A stretch of 64,000 nucleotides of DNA. Source: Guillardia theta CCMP2712 (taxonomy: Eukaryota > Protista > Cryptophyta). Positions 24,496-35,427 of the stretch are shown here, one piece after another. Numbering within the stretch: the first letter of the stretch is position 1; every line of letters begins with the position of its first letter. The DNA lies in NCBI RefSeq assembly GCF_000315625.1, contig NW_005434546.1, positions 125,837-189,836 on the forward strand, written 5' to 3'. Position numbers and translations under genes: made by a program. The notes under the pieces were generated by a model. It was not told where the DNA came from. It saw only the letters and a list, made by a program, of their open reading frames with translations, and did no database searches.

Positions 24496-27251
24496 CTAAA
24501 CGTTCCGGTCGGCGGAGGAAAGAGCCTCTGACGTCGCTTTGACGTCCACTTGACTGTCGTCTCCCTCCACCGCCACCACGCAGTTCTCTTTAAGAAAAGA
24601 ATACCATTCCTCCGTCTCGTCTCCTTCCTCTTCTCCCTTCACCTGCTTCTCTGCATCAGCTCTGCCCGTCTACCTCACTTCTGACCTTGAACGCAAGCTG
24701 ATCTCGCAGGAAGTCCAGCGGGATCGAGGGTTTGTAGGAGCGGAGGATCACGCGCAGAGCTCTGCTCCTCATCCTGTCGCGCAATATGCACACGATGCAC
24801 TTTCCATGGTTTGGCGTCTTGGCGAACCTGCGAGTTCGGACGTGAGAAGAGGACAAGGCGTGGGTGCAAGACGGTTTAACTCACAGGCGGAAGAAGGAGA
24901 CGTAATCCGAGAGCTCTAGAGCTCGGTGCAAGCTGAGCGCGTGAGAGACGTAAGGATGTGTCTGTGAGACTTGTGGTGACAAGGTGGACCTCCTCAAGCA
25001 TCGGGTACCTTGAGCTCCATCGGCATGTTTCGAATGTCCTTCACCATGTCCACTGTGTTGTTCTGCATCATCCAGTAGAAGAGCCTGTACGCCATAAACT
25101 CCGCCTTCTCTGTGTCAAAACTTCTCTTATGCACTCAAGCCTGTTCACCTCATTCTCCTTTGCTCGCGTGTCCGCGTACAGCCCCATCAAGTAACTCTGG
25201 ATCTTATAAAACTCACCGAAGTCGTGCTCCAGCATCGCCAGCCGCCCGTTGGACTCGTATACCAGCACCGAGTTTGCGTTCCTGATGTGTTGGATGACCA
25301 TATCTTGCCTGATCGCCTTGAACTGGTCCGAAATCCACTCCCAGTCAGCCTCGTCCGTGTCGTACTTCACCTTGAGCCTTTCAGCCCATTTCACGAGAAC
25401 GCGTTCAGGGCGAACAGTAGAGGGGTCAGGCATCGACTGCAGTCGGATGTACTGCTTCTCCATCTCCATGCAAGTGCCCACGATTGCCTCTGATGACATG
25501 AACTTGATATCGTCGTCAGTTCCATGCGCACCTCCCCCCGTCGGGACGTATCCTCTCTCCATGTCGATGAAGCGTCGATGCCGCTTCTCTCTTGCCTCCT
25601 TCTCAGCTTCATTCTCGATGTCTGCCATGACACCTCCTCGCTTCTTCTTCTTGGATTTCTGTGCATGGCTTTCAGACTTCTTCTCTTGACTCTCTTTCGT
25701 CTTTCCGCTCGCGTTTGCCACGCGGGGAATCGGCTGAGCATCCCAGTCAGTCACCCACAACCTGTTGTTCTTCTCCGCATTTTGAACGATCGACTTGAGC
25801 GCACCAGCCATGCACGTTCTCTCGTACTCATTCTCACATGCCGAAAAGCATTTCTGCACAAACGACTGGCGAAAGGCAGAAATCAGCAACAGCATGCAAT
25901 GTCTAGTCTACCGTGTACCTGGAGTTTCGGTGGCCATTGGTTTGCAGCAGGAGCATGTTGAACGTTTGCTGGTTCTGCGGCTACTGCTGGTTTCGCAGGA
26001 GATTTAATTTGAGACTGCTGCTCCGCTTGCTTTGCCTCTAGCTTGCTGGCAACTGAAGCGGCTGCATCGTGAAGGGAAGGGAAATTCATGTCATAGTTGT
26101 CTGACTTGTCCCCATAATCTCTGCCATCGCTCCATTTGAACTGTTCTTGCGGGTTGACGGGCTTCGCCTTCGGTTTCGGGGCGGACCAGCTGAAGGCTTT
26201 TGCTGCGTTAGCGTTGATGGTCATGGCTGGTACCGCAGCCTTCTGAGCTGCTTGTGCAGCAGGTGCTGCTGCTGCCTGTTGGGCGTAGGGCCACTGGTTG
26301 TAAGCACCGGGATGATAGTATCCCTGCTGGGGAGCTGTATACGCCGCCTGCTTTGCTCAAGTAAGAAGAATGGACGGGTACTAGTAGAATGGATGGTAGC
26401 ATACAGGGTACTGATAGCCGTAAGCGTATTGGTTCTGCTGATAGTAAGCTTGTGCGGAAGCCGCAGGAGGATCCCAGCTAGTTTTCTGTAGAGCATGGTT
26501 GACCCAGTAGACTCTGTTAGTCTTGGGATCAGTCGCAGGTTCCCAAGTGCCATATCCACTGGGATCTGGGACAGCAGCAGGTAGTGCCTGGAGGGTGACG
26601 GTGAGCTCCCAGACAAGGGACAAGTGCACGATCACCTGCTGCTGCCCGGAAACCTGGGGGGTTGCAGCTTGCTGTACCGGTTGGTTGCTAGCATACTGCA
26701 CCATCCGTGAATATGCATCGACTTGTTCGCAATCAAGTGTGCAAGACAAGTCTCACAGTCTGGTTGTACGCGGTGGTTTGGTTGGCATTGGCATTCCAAC
26801 TTGCCTGCTGCTGGAAGTTTTGCTGTGATCGAGGAAATCAGAACATACGTCGAAGGATGGAGGAGGAGGAGGAGGAGGACCTGCATGGAGCTTGCTTGAT
26901 TTTCGCCACCCCTGCGCAGAGCGGCAAAGAGCAAATCAAATCAAAGCGAGTGTGATGACAAATGGAGCAACTTACGATGATTGTGAATTTGCTGGCCATT
27001 GAAATGTCGCAGCTTCTCCTTGATTGTAAGCATCATATGGGTTATACGCCTACACCATAATCAACATGTCACAAACTCGCTTTCATATTTGCTGTGCAAG
27101 GCATTCAGGATTTATAGATCAATCTTACCTGCTGAGTCCCTCCATACACGTAAGTGGACTGATATGCATTGTTCCCGCTAAACAAAGAGTGAGTACAAGG
27201 GAGTTGGCAAGCGCTGGAGTACAACGACATTGCGGGGTTGGTCTGTTCCAT
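24496..27251 (-). CDS. SAC3/GANP-family (LENG8/Thp3-like) protein with an N-terminal WW domain
   Basis: WW: GTWEPATDPKTNRVYWVNHALQKTSWDPP. SAC3 core: IVGTCMEMEKQYIRLQSMPDPSTVRPERVL, DQFKAIRQDMVIQHIRN, VYESNGRLAMLEHDFGEF. PCI tail: RDRMRSRALRVILRSYKPSIPLDFL. Confidence 0.85.
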
Positions 27252-27689
27252 GGCTTGACGAGCTTCAATGATCTCCTATCTCTGGTGTTCTCCTCACCTT
27301 GAGCCCAGGTTCTGCTTGAAAGGCTCAATGGGTACGTTCAGTCGAGTGAGTGCTGGTACCTACTTGAGAGGCAACGAGCTTGGCCCTAGGCGTATGATAT
27401 ACCTGTTCTCTCAATGCTGGCAAGCGCGTGCATCCCCTCCATCCCTGCTTGCACCCCAAGTTCCCATCTGAGTTTCCCTGCTCCCTCCTTCCTGTCTACG
27501 ATCTACCTGACTCTATCACTCTCTCACACTCAGTTTCTTGCTCTCTTCCAGCATCATCTTTGCTCTCCTCACTTCCTCTCTCCTCGTCGCTCTCGATGCA
27601 TCACGTCTGCATGTGGCGTTGCCGCTCTCATCCTCCATCCACCCCTGTGGGCTACCTAGGCTGGCTTCGTGACCCCTACCTACTGTAAT

Positions 27690-27920
27690 GTAAATACCCC
27701 ATAAAAACCCATATCATGGAGGGGTACTCAGAACCCATCGATGCAACCCCACCCATACATAAATGTATGACCCACCCATGAAAGATCCAGCCTGCCCAGC
27801 CTGAAGATCTATGAGGTCCGGCCCGGCCGGGCCGCCGACGGCCCGGGCCGGGGCAATCCGAGGCTCAGCGGCTTCAAGTTGCCTCAGGCTGGGGCCCGTG
27901 CTCCCACACCTCAGTTAGCT
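27690..27920. promoter_or_regulatory. GC-rich palindromic island with GGGGTACTCA motif at a divergent junction
   Basis: GGCCCGGCCGGGCC and GCCCGGGC palindromes; GGGGTACTCA at 27721. Confidence 0.45.
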
Positions 27921-28659
27921 TCCTAATCAGCAATCAACTCAGCAGCTGCCTCAACGTTCCCCCTTCTATTCCGACGATGCCTTTCTTTCCTCCAAGCCCG
28001 TCGCTCCGCGGCAGAGAGCCTTGGCGAGCACGAACAGGCAATCGCAGGTCGTCGTAGAGCTCGAAGCCAGTGCCCCTAGGCGCGGGTCCGAGAGGAGGAG
28101 GGAATCGGATCCGGAAGAGGGGGGGGGGGAACAGGACCAAGTGTCAGTCAACGCCGGGCCCGTTGCTACCTGACCTAGATGATTTCTCTGACAGCCGGGC
28201 GTATATTTGATCTCTTTCCCGAAGTCTCTTTAACCTTTGATCTGCTCCCTGAAGCATTCAATGTTCTTAATCGTTGGGTCTCAACTTCATCTGCTATCTG
28301 TTGTACCGGAGCTACTTGCGCTGTCAGTCTGTCTCGCTCCTCCGTGAACTCTCTGTGAGCTTCTCAGTTGATGATAAGATCAGATCAAATCCTGACTTCC
28401 TCTCCACCTGTCCCTCGAGAAGGTCGTTGTTTTCTATCGCAAATTTCAGCTATTCCTTTCTAGCACAGAGGTCAGAACAAAACCCCTCACTCTCTGATGC
28501 TACATGTTCTCGCTCTCCTTGTGAAGCGTTTCCATGTCTTTCCCGTAAGTTTCCTGGAAAATCTCAAAATGAATGAAACAGAACAAGAAATGTTTGAGAT
28601 TAGGATGACGAAGTTGACGATGAGAAGATCAATGATGGAGATGGTGATGATGAGAAGGT

Positions 28660-28726
28660 TGTTGTTGATGATGATGATGATGATGATGATGATGAGATGA
28701 CGACGACGATGATGATGACGATGATG
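28660..28726. repeat. (GAT/GAC)n microsatellite
   Basis: Seen directly. Confidence 0.85.
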
Positions 28727-29199
28727 AAAGTACTGAGCCAGCCAAAGTTCTCCTGTGCTGCGATGTACGACGACATGGCCGGAGAAGTGAAGGAGTGCGA
28801 AGGTAGGAGGCAGGCTCTTGATTGCGTTGAAGCATTCCTCGATGAACGTCTCCAGTTGACGCTGTGACCATCCTGCCATCCAATTGCAAGACAACGAGGG
28901 ACCTGTCTCAAAGCTCCCAGCAACCTGAGTGTCCTCCTGTATAGGGAGACTGTTATGCTTCTATATCCCGATGCAGAGCGCCACGGCCTTCGGGATCTCG
29001 AGGCCCGGACTATCATCCTTGAGCTCGTTGTTCTCGATGCGCAGCTTGTCCAGCTGATGGACCTGCTGCTCGTACAGGTTGGAGGCGCAGACCATCATCT
29101 TCCACAACCCCGTGTCAGAATGCCTCCATCATCCACAATATCCCGTCATCGATATCATCTTCGCGTGGCCGGCCGCATCTTGTTCTCGGGCTTATCTGG

Positions 29200-29638
29200 C
29201 AGATCGTCAAGATTCTCAAAAGCAAGTTCCCCTCAAGGAGCACCCAGAGCTCGTCCTCCTCCTCAAGCCAGGGGAAGATCTGGCTACCCTGCTGAAGCTG
29301 CCCAAAGAGGAGCTGCTGGTTCGATGGGTCAACTTACATATGGTGAACGCCGGAAGTGACAAGATGCTGTCAGACTTCAGCAGCGATATGAAACACTTGA
29401 CCACCTACACACGAGGCAAGTCCATCGACTGCTGGAGCACTGCAAGACACTGACAGCAGAGCCTCTGCTACAGGTAATGGAGAAACTCGTCAGTGGCACG
29501 ACGGCAATGCCAAAACTCGTCCTGGAACTCGTATGGCAGCTAATACGGCATGATACGATGTCCCAGCTTGAGCTTTTGGGAGAAAGCTCGAAGCTCTCAG
29601 CCTCGGGCCTGGTCCAGTGGGTCAACGACAGGGTGTGA
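29200..29638 (+). pseudogene. Fimbrin/plastin fragment (calponin-homology), internally deleted and frameshifted
   Basis: VPLKEHPELVLLLKPGEDLATLLKLPKEELLVRWVNLHMVNAGSDKMLSDFSSDMK matches the CH1-CH2 linker and CH2 start. It then jumps to the CH3 end (HDGNAK out of frame with LVLELVWQLIR) and VQWVNDRV*. Confidence 0.65.
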
Positions 29639-30507
29639 TGGCAGCATCATGCGAGTAGTCGCATGAGGCTACGCACGCTGACGAGATGTGTACTGGTCGT
29701 AGACGTACGTACAACACATTGATACAATGAAAGCATGAGGCTGGTACAAACCGGTACACATGTTTACTCATTGCTGTACGACGGGCACGAGCCAGACCTC
29801 GAAATATAAGCAATCCAACTTGGACCCTGCAAAAACAAATCTAGCTTCATTGCTCATCTGTTCACTCCTCAGTGCACTATCGCTCAGTTGTTGGACAATA
29901 CCCGAATCAGGTTATCAAATGTTGCCATACCGCTTGCAATGGCCGCCAATCAATCAGCCTCGGGATTTGATGATTACAGCAGTAACTCCTGAGAAAGTGC
30001 ATAGGCTCGCCCCAGACATCGAGAACTTTATACAGTACGAGTTGATAGGGCAATACTATGAATACCTCAACTCTGAAGGGAAGCCAGAAAAAATGAAAGC
30101 CTACTTCCATTGTCATTCCCCATCAGAGAGACTCAGTGAGAAGAATTACAGAAGAACATGAAACAGAAAATAAGAGAGTTTGTACGAGAAGCAGATGCTA
30201 CTGTGACTCAAATCCTCCTCACTGTTTACATGCAATGTCCTGGGAGAATTCAGATTCTGAAAACTCGCATGGATGTTGTTGAGCCAGAGTCCAAAACACG
30301 CTGAGCGAAGGTATTAGAAGCGCGAAAAACTGCCCCTTGTGTTCCTTCTTGCAGGTTGAATGAGGAAGATGCTTTTCTCTTAGCACACAGGATAGCTTTC
30401 TGTCGAGTAAACTGATCAAGAATAAATACACATTCTTGAGGAAGCACTAGAGCACAAAAATCAAGTCCTCAACTGACCGACTGTTTGATTTGCACGCATC
30501 AATGTTG

Positions 30508-31902
30508 CTACACCATCAGCTCAATGCTTGCACAGTGACCTGCCCCTTCGTTCACAAAGAGCGGATGATGCGTCCTTACGTCCGCCATACAATGCTTGAT
30601 CACACTCGCCAAGTGGGAAAGCCTGTCCTCTCCTACAGTGATTGATTTCCTCATGAATACGATAGACTCCCTGGCAATGGCTACTCTTTTTGCTGCTTTC
30701 TCAGGGTCGTGCTGCTGCATTGAGGGAGGGAGGAATCTGTTCTTGTACAAGTGGTAGGATTCGGGCGAAGCTGATTCAAAGACAATAGTATAGCCGGAGT
30801 GTATGCCAGCATGATTCCAGCTCTTTTCAAGGAAGCATTTCAAGTAAAGCATGCGTTTTTCTTGCTCTGGACCGCCGCGTCGCTCCACCTTGATGTAAAA
30901 GATCGACTGGGCGTTGAACGAGCACAAGATGGATGAGACCCACGCAACCAACAGCTCATACTCGCTCATCGAGTTGACGAGGTCGTGGCAGAAGAATCGA
31001 GACAGGATCTCAGTGTGGTGACAGCCGAACAGGTCCGACATCTCGTCTCCTATCCTCAATCTCTTGCAGTTCAAATTCGAGTCAAACTCGACTGACAACC
31101 ATCGTCCATGTCCCCATCGATCATTGCTTGCGATCGTATCAAAGCAGGCTATGTCCTCCTCATATGCCCCTGCATTAAACGTTTCTAACATCTTCGCTCG
31201 TTCGTTCTGCTGAAATCTGCTCACTCGGCCCAGTCCGCTCTGATGGGTCAAGAGAGCCTGATATGCTGGGTTTTGTATCGAGCTCTTGGTGAGACCCTCG
31301 CGTATCAGTTCAACTAGTTCATCCACTGCAACTTTGAGGTCGAGCGGAAGGAGCTTGAAAGCTCTGAAGAGCATTGAGACGTCAAAGCCCAGCTCCCACA
31401 GAGGGCGTACAAGGCTGATGTTCACACCGCTGAAAGCGCAGGTATCTTTCAATGCGCGCAGAGACGCTTCTTGGGCAAAAGCATCTGGGAAATAAGCTTC
31501 TCGTGCGTCGAAGATGCTGGTAGACAACGAGACATTGCACTCTGTCAGACATTTGTGGCTTGTTCCTGCCATGATGCACATCACACAAGGCCTTTCTTGG
31601 CTGCACTTCCGCTTCTTCAGCTTGCATTCTGCACAAGACTTGCGGGTGTATTTGGACCTCTTGTTTCGTGGACGATGATCGATATTGCTCTCAACTTCAT
31701 GAGCTTGTCGCACAGAATGAGAACCTTCTATTAGGTTGACAGCAAGGCTTTGCGCAGCATGGCGGTTGACGCTTGAAAGTTTCGCGGCCATCTGATCGCA
31801 CCACTCGTCGTAGTCTACACCAACAGGTTCAGGATGGCGTTCAACAGGCAGACGCACCCTCTTACCGTCAGCATGACGCTTTGCACCAACCGCAGCAGAC
31901 AT
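30508..31902 (-). CDS. Zn(II)2Cys6 binuclear-cluster transcription-factor-like protein, intronless
   Basis: RKSCAECKLKKRKCSQERPCVMCIMAGTSHKC = C-x2-C-x6-C-x5-C-x2-C-x8-C in a 464-aa open ORF. Confidence 0.8.
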   Translation of the reverse strand: MSAAVGAKRHADGKRVRLPVERHPEPVGVDYDEWCDQMAAKLSSVNRHAAQSLAVNLIEGSHSVRQAHEVESNIDHRPRNKRSKYTRKSCAECKLKKRKCSQERPCVMCIMAGTSHKCLTECNVSLSTSIFDAREAYFPDAFAQEASLRALKDTCAFSGVNISLVRPLWELGFDVSMLFRAFKLLPLDLKVAVDELVELIREGLTKSSIQNPAYQALLTHQSGLGRVSRFQQNERAKMLETFNAGAYEEDIACFDTIASNDRWGHGRWLSVEFDSNLNCKRLRIGDEMSDLFGCHHTEILSRFFCHDLVNSMSEYELLVAWVSSILCSFNAQSIFYIKVERRGGPEQEKRMLYLKCFLEKSWNHAGIHSGYTIVFESASPESYHLYKNRFLPPSMQQHDPEKAAKRVAIARESIVFMRKSITVGEDRLSHLASVIKHCMADVRTHHPLFVNEGAGHCASIELMV

Positions 31903-32099
31903 GGCAGATTTAGCAGAAAATTACTGCTACGATCGGGGTACTAGGAAAGTCGTACCACTGCATACGGTTTCGCTTGCACGGTTTTGGATTTGTTTGCTCC
32001 GGCTTGGCTTTCTTTTTCAGTCAATAAAGGAGATTGTACTGCAGGATATTGTGGTCGTAAGGAAGGAATAGGAAGCAGGGGTTTTTAATAATATTTTTA

Positions 32100-32340
32100 G
32101 AGGGGCATCAGCCCGTCAGGACGGTCCTCGTACTAATTTTTAACTTAACTGTGAACTGGCACCCGGGCCGTAATAAGTCAGGCTCAGGGCGGCCGCTGCG
32201 GCAGACCGGGCCGCCGGGGCCGCCAGGGTTCTGAACGCCGGGTGGACGGTGCGGCCGCGCCCGGCCCGAGCCCGCCGGGGAGCCTCCCCGGCTGTCAGAG
32301 GCTGGTCACCAGTGCCGTTCACTTTCAGGCCTCAGGTTCG
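32100..32340. repeat. GC-rich palindromic island with TTTTTAACTTAACT motif
   Basis: GTCCTCGTACTAATTTTTAACTTAACTGTGA followed by CCCGGG/GCGGCCGC-rich sequence; near-identical motif at 34857-34884. Confidence 0.6.
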
Positions 32341-32475
32341 TTAATTTGGCACTTAGATTTTTCGGTAGGGTCTTTTTTTTTTCTAGGCGTGCTATTTTGA
32401 TAAATGAGTTAGAGACCCCACTTCATAGTACCCATTTGTTTTAGTTTATTTCAACAATCCTCTTTACAAGTTATT

Positions 32476-34153
32476 TTAACGGTAGTTACGGAAAGTACAG
32501 TACGGTACCGACACATACCCTATGGTACTACTTTCAATACCAGTTGCGCTTGAATCCTCCTTGCCTTGACGGACAATGGCGGCGCAATCGGGGCGGCCAC
32601 CGTCGTCAAGGGCTGCCTCATCGCTCGGCATTGCCAAAAGGAGGAGATTGGAGCAAGAGAACAAGTTGATCCTCTTCATTCGCATGAGATACATCCAAGG
32701 GGCACCGTTGTTCCTTGCAGCAAATGCCTTCGATCATTCTGTGCACTTTGAATTACTACACCACGTTGAAGGTTTAGACATGTCATTCAATCTGGTACCA
32801 TGTCATGGTGTGAGGTTTACTGATGTCAATGGGAAATTTCGAAGTGGAATCATCCGAAATTGGAAAGGAAGAATGTCAACTTCTTTAACACTAGAAAACA
32901 AACTGATTTCTTCCGTCTCAACATCGATCTGCACAAGATTAGGACTACGGTAGTATTGTTAATTGGTTTCGCAAACGTGGGAAGCCCTTCTTGAAACCCC
33001 GGATGAAAAGGCCAGTGCAGTTGGACCATCAGTACATCACTCTTACAGAATCCTGTCATTAACAGAGAATTTCCTGTGCCTTTCAAGGATGAACCCTCCA
33101 TGATAGAACCTGGATCAGGTTCGTTATATTTCGAGGGCGCACTGACAGTCACCTTGAAACGAAATTGAAAACGAAATTAGAGGACGCAATACACATGCAT
33201 CTCTTTCAAGTTCGAAAGAATGGTACGATTGTGCACGTTTCACACAGAGATTTGGAGGCATCCAGATTGAACGCGACTTTAATTTACTTTGAAGGAGCTG
33301 CCACAACAAAGTGAAGTGTGCTCGAACCGAATTGTTGAATTTCTTCTTGTCATCTGCATTTCGTGAAGGTCCATCAGTGACTACCGCATGGACAGTGCAT
33401 ATCCCACACATGGTCAAGTTGCCCGTTAGATGCAGTAGCAGCTTCCTTCTTCTCCGAGTCCAATGTAGCTGTTCCCGATCATGGCAGCAGCTCGATATGC
33501 ATCTCTTCCCTGAAGTTGATGTCGATGCTCGATGCACGACATGTTCAATAGTCAGGCTAGTTGAATGCCATATTTCTCGTAGAAATGTACAAACTGATCG
33601 CCCACATGCCCTGACATCATGCTGTGCAAATAGAAAGACTGCAGCAGTCTCGCTTGTCCGATTAATCTGACTAACTTGAAAGCAACACCCCTGACGTCTT
33701 CCTTCTCTTCAATTTCGAAATAGCTTCCTCCCAAAGAAGCTGTTTGGGCTGCAGGCATCGATGACAACAAGGAAACAGACTGAGAGTCACAGTGTAGTCC
33801 TCTACCTCCTCCTCGGTCTCCATCGTCCCTACCTCACAGGGGATCAGGTCGTCTTCTTTGGCCCTTCCTGCCTTCATCCCATGGCCAGCGTAGAAGAGGA
33901 CGACTAGCCTCCTCAGCTCTTGGTGCCAGCCTAGTCGCATCCCTGATAGCGTTCTCCAGCTCCCACCCCGGCTGCACGTACTTGTCCGCTCTAGTATGCA
34001 TAGGCCGAACACCGGGGGCGGCTCCAGGAACAGAATCTCCGACGAGTCCTGATGGAGAGGAGACTGCCAGGAAGCCCGTTCCTCCAGCGCACAGTGACGG
34101 GATGCTGTTGAGGAAGCAACGTCATGCGACATAAATGACTGGTGGATGCTCAT
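32476..34153 (-). other. Possible spliced gene or decayed coding relic of unknown type
   Basis: Chain of abutting minus-strand ORFs (33671-34153, 33552-33770, 33124-33537, 32850-33152, 32476-32694); no domain recognised. Confidence 0.25.
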
Positions 34154-34569
34154 AACAGTGAGTATTCAGAACAGTGAGCATTGAGGGATTTCTCTGTGGA
34201 TTCAAATATCCTCTGTGAGGAGATAAAAAGGGGGTAGGGTGGTGGAGGGGGGAACTTCTGTACCATGAAACCTCTCTTTTGTACCAATATGTTTTCATAC
34301 AGTACAATCTATACTACCATGTATGTGATGGGTAAAACTAAAATTGCAGTACCTCAGTCTAAAACCAAGGCGGGGGAAGGGTTCCACGCCAGAGGAATTC
34401 AAATCACCCCACCCCGCTTATGTCCAGTCTCTCTGCCCCTCGGGGGCCTTTGATCGGTGAAAACAGGGGGTAGTCAACAGGGAGTGTATATACGGACCCC
34501 ATGTGAACCCCAAAAAAAGTAGGAAAAAAAAGACCAGATTTGCTAGGGGCTGCACATGGGTTTGTGAAC

Positions 34570-35130
34570 GGCATGGGCCCGGCTCTTCGACTCAGGTCTC
34601 GGATGATCAGCCTGGCAGTCTTGTCATAGTACTACGTTGAAGAACGGGTCAGGCCCGGGGCCGGGCTTACTACGGTCTGGCAAACTGATAAGATCCGGCC
34701 GCCCCGGGGCAACCCCGGCGCCACTCAGCCTCGGAAAGCCCGGCTTTTTAAACCCTTGAACCCTAAACCCTAAACCCGTAAACCCTAACTTGACTCTAAC
34801 TTAATAAAACCGGCCGGGTGGCAACGTGCCGGGCGGTGTTCCCGTCGTGCCTGATAGTCCTACTGATTTTTAACTTAACTTTGAGTAAAGAACTGATGGT
34901 AGCCCGGCGCGCCGGAAGTTCCGAGCCCGCCCGCCGGATCGGACTTCCGGCCTCTGTCCGAGATTAGTTCGCCGAGGCCCAGTATCTCCGTGAACCCTGA
35001 ACCCTACACACTCAACCCCTAATGTCACTACCGTACTGGCTGGCGTGTAGGGTCGGGTGGGCATTTCAGGGGGTAGGGTGATCACGAGACTTGCCGATGC
35101 TCAACCCATGGGCCGTGAACGGTGCCCGTG
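34570..35130. repeat. GC-rich palindromic island containing a degenerate (CCCTAAA)n tract
   Basis: AACCCTTGAACCCTAAACCCTAAACCCGTAAACCCTAA at 34751-34788; TTTTTAACTTAACT at 34867-34880. Confidence 0.6.
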
Positions 35131-35427
35131 ACAAGGGTCAGCAGCATGCTGGGCAAATACAAGACAAGGGAAACCAAAATGAGATCAAGGGAGAGAAGAG
35201 GCAGGAGAGACGCTGACACACCAAAGGCAGCTGTACCATTGTTTCAGAGTCACAATCCCAGACATTTAATTGAATTTTCACGAGAGATCATAACAACATC
35301 CTTAAATCATGCTCGCTGCAAATTTCTACGATTGAGATGGAAGTCTACGCACATTGCTGACAATTTTGTTTGTGTTTGAAGGAAGGAAATATTTCGTGTC
35401 CGAGAACAAAGTCAGCTGAAAAAAAAT

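Noticed and set aside
29760-30161. 133-aa + strand ORF downstream of the fimbrin relic
   Set aside because: No domain recognised and no demonstrable splice link.
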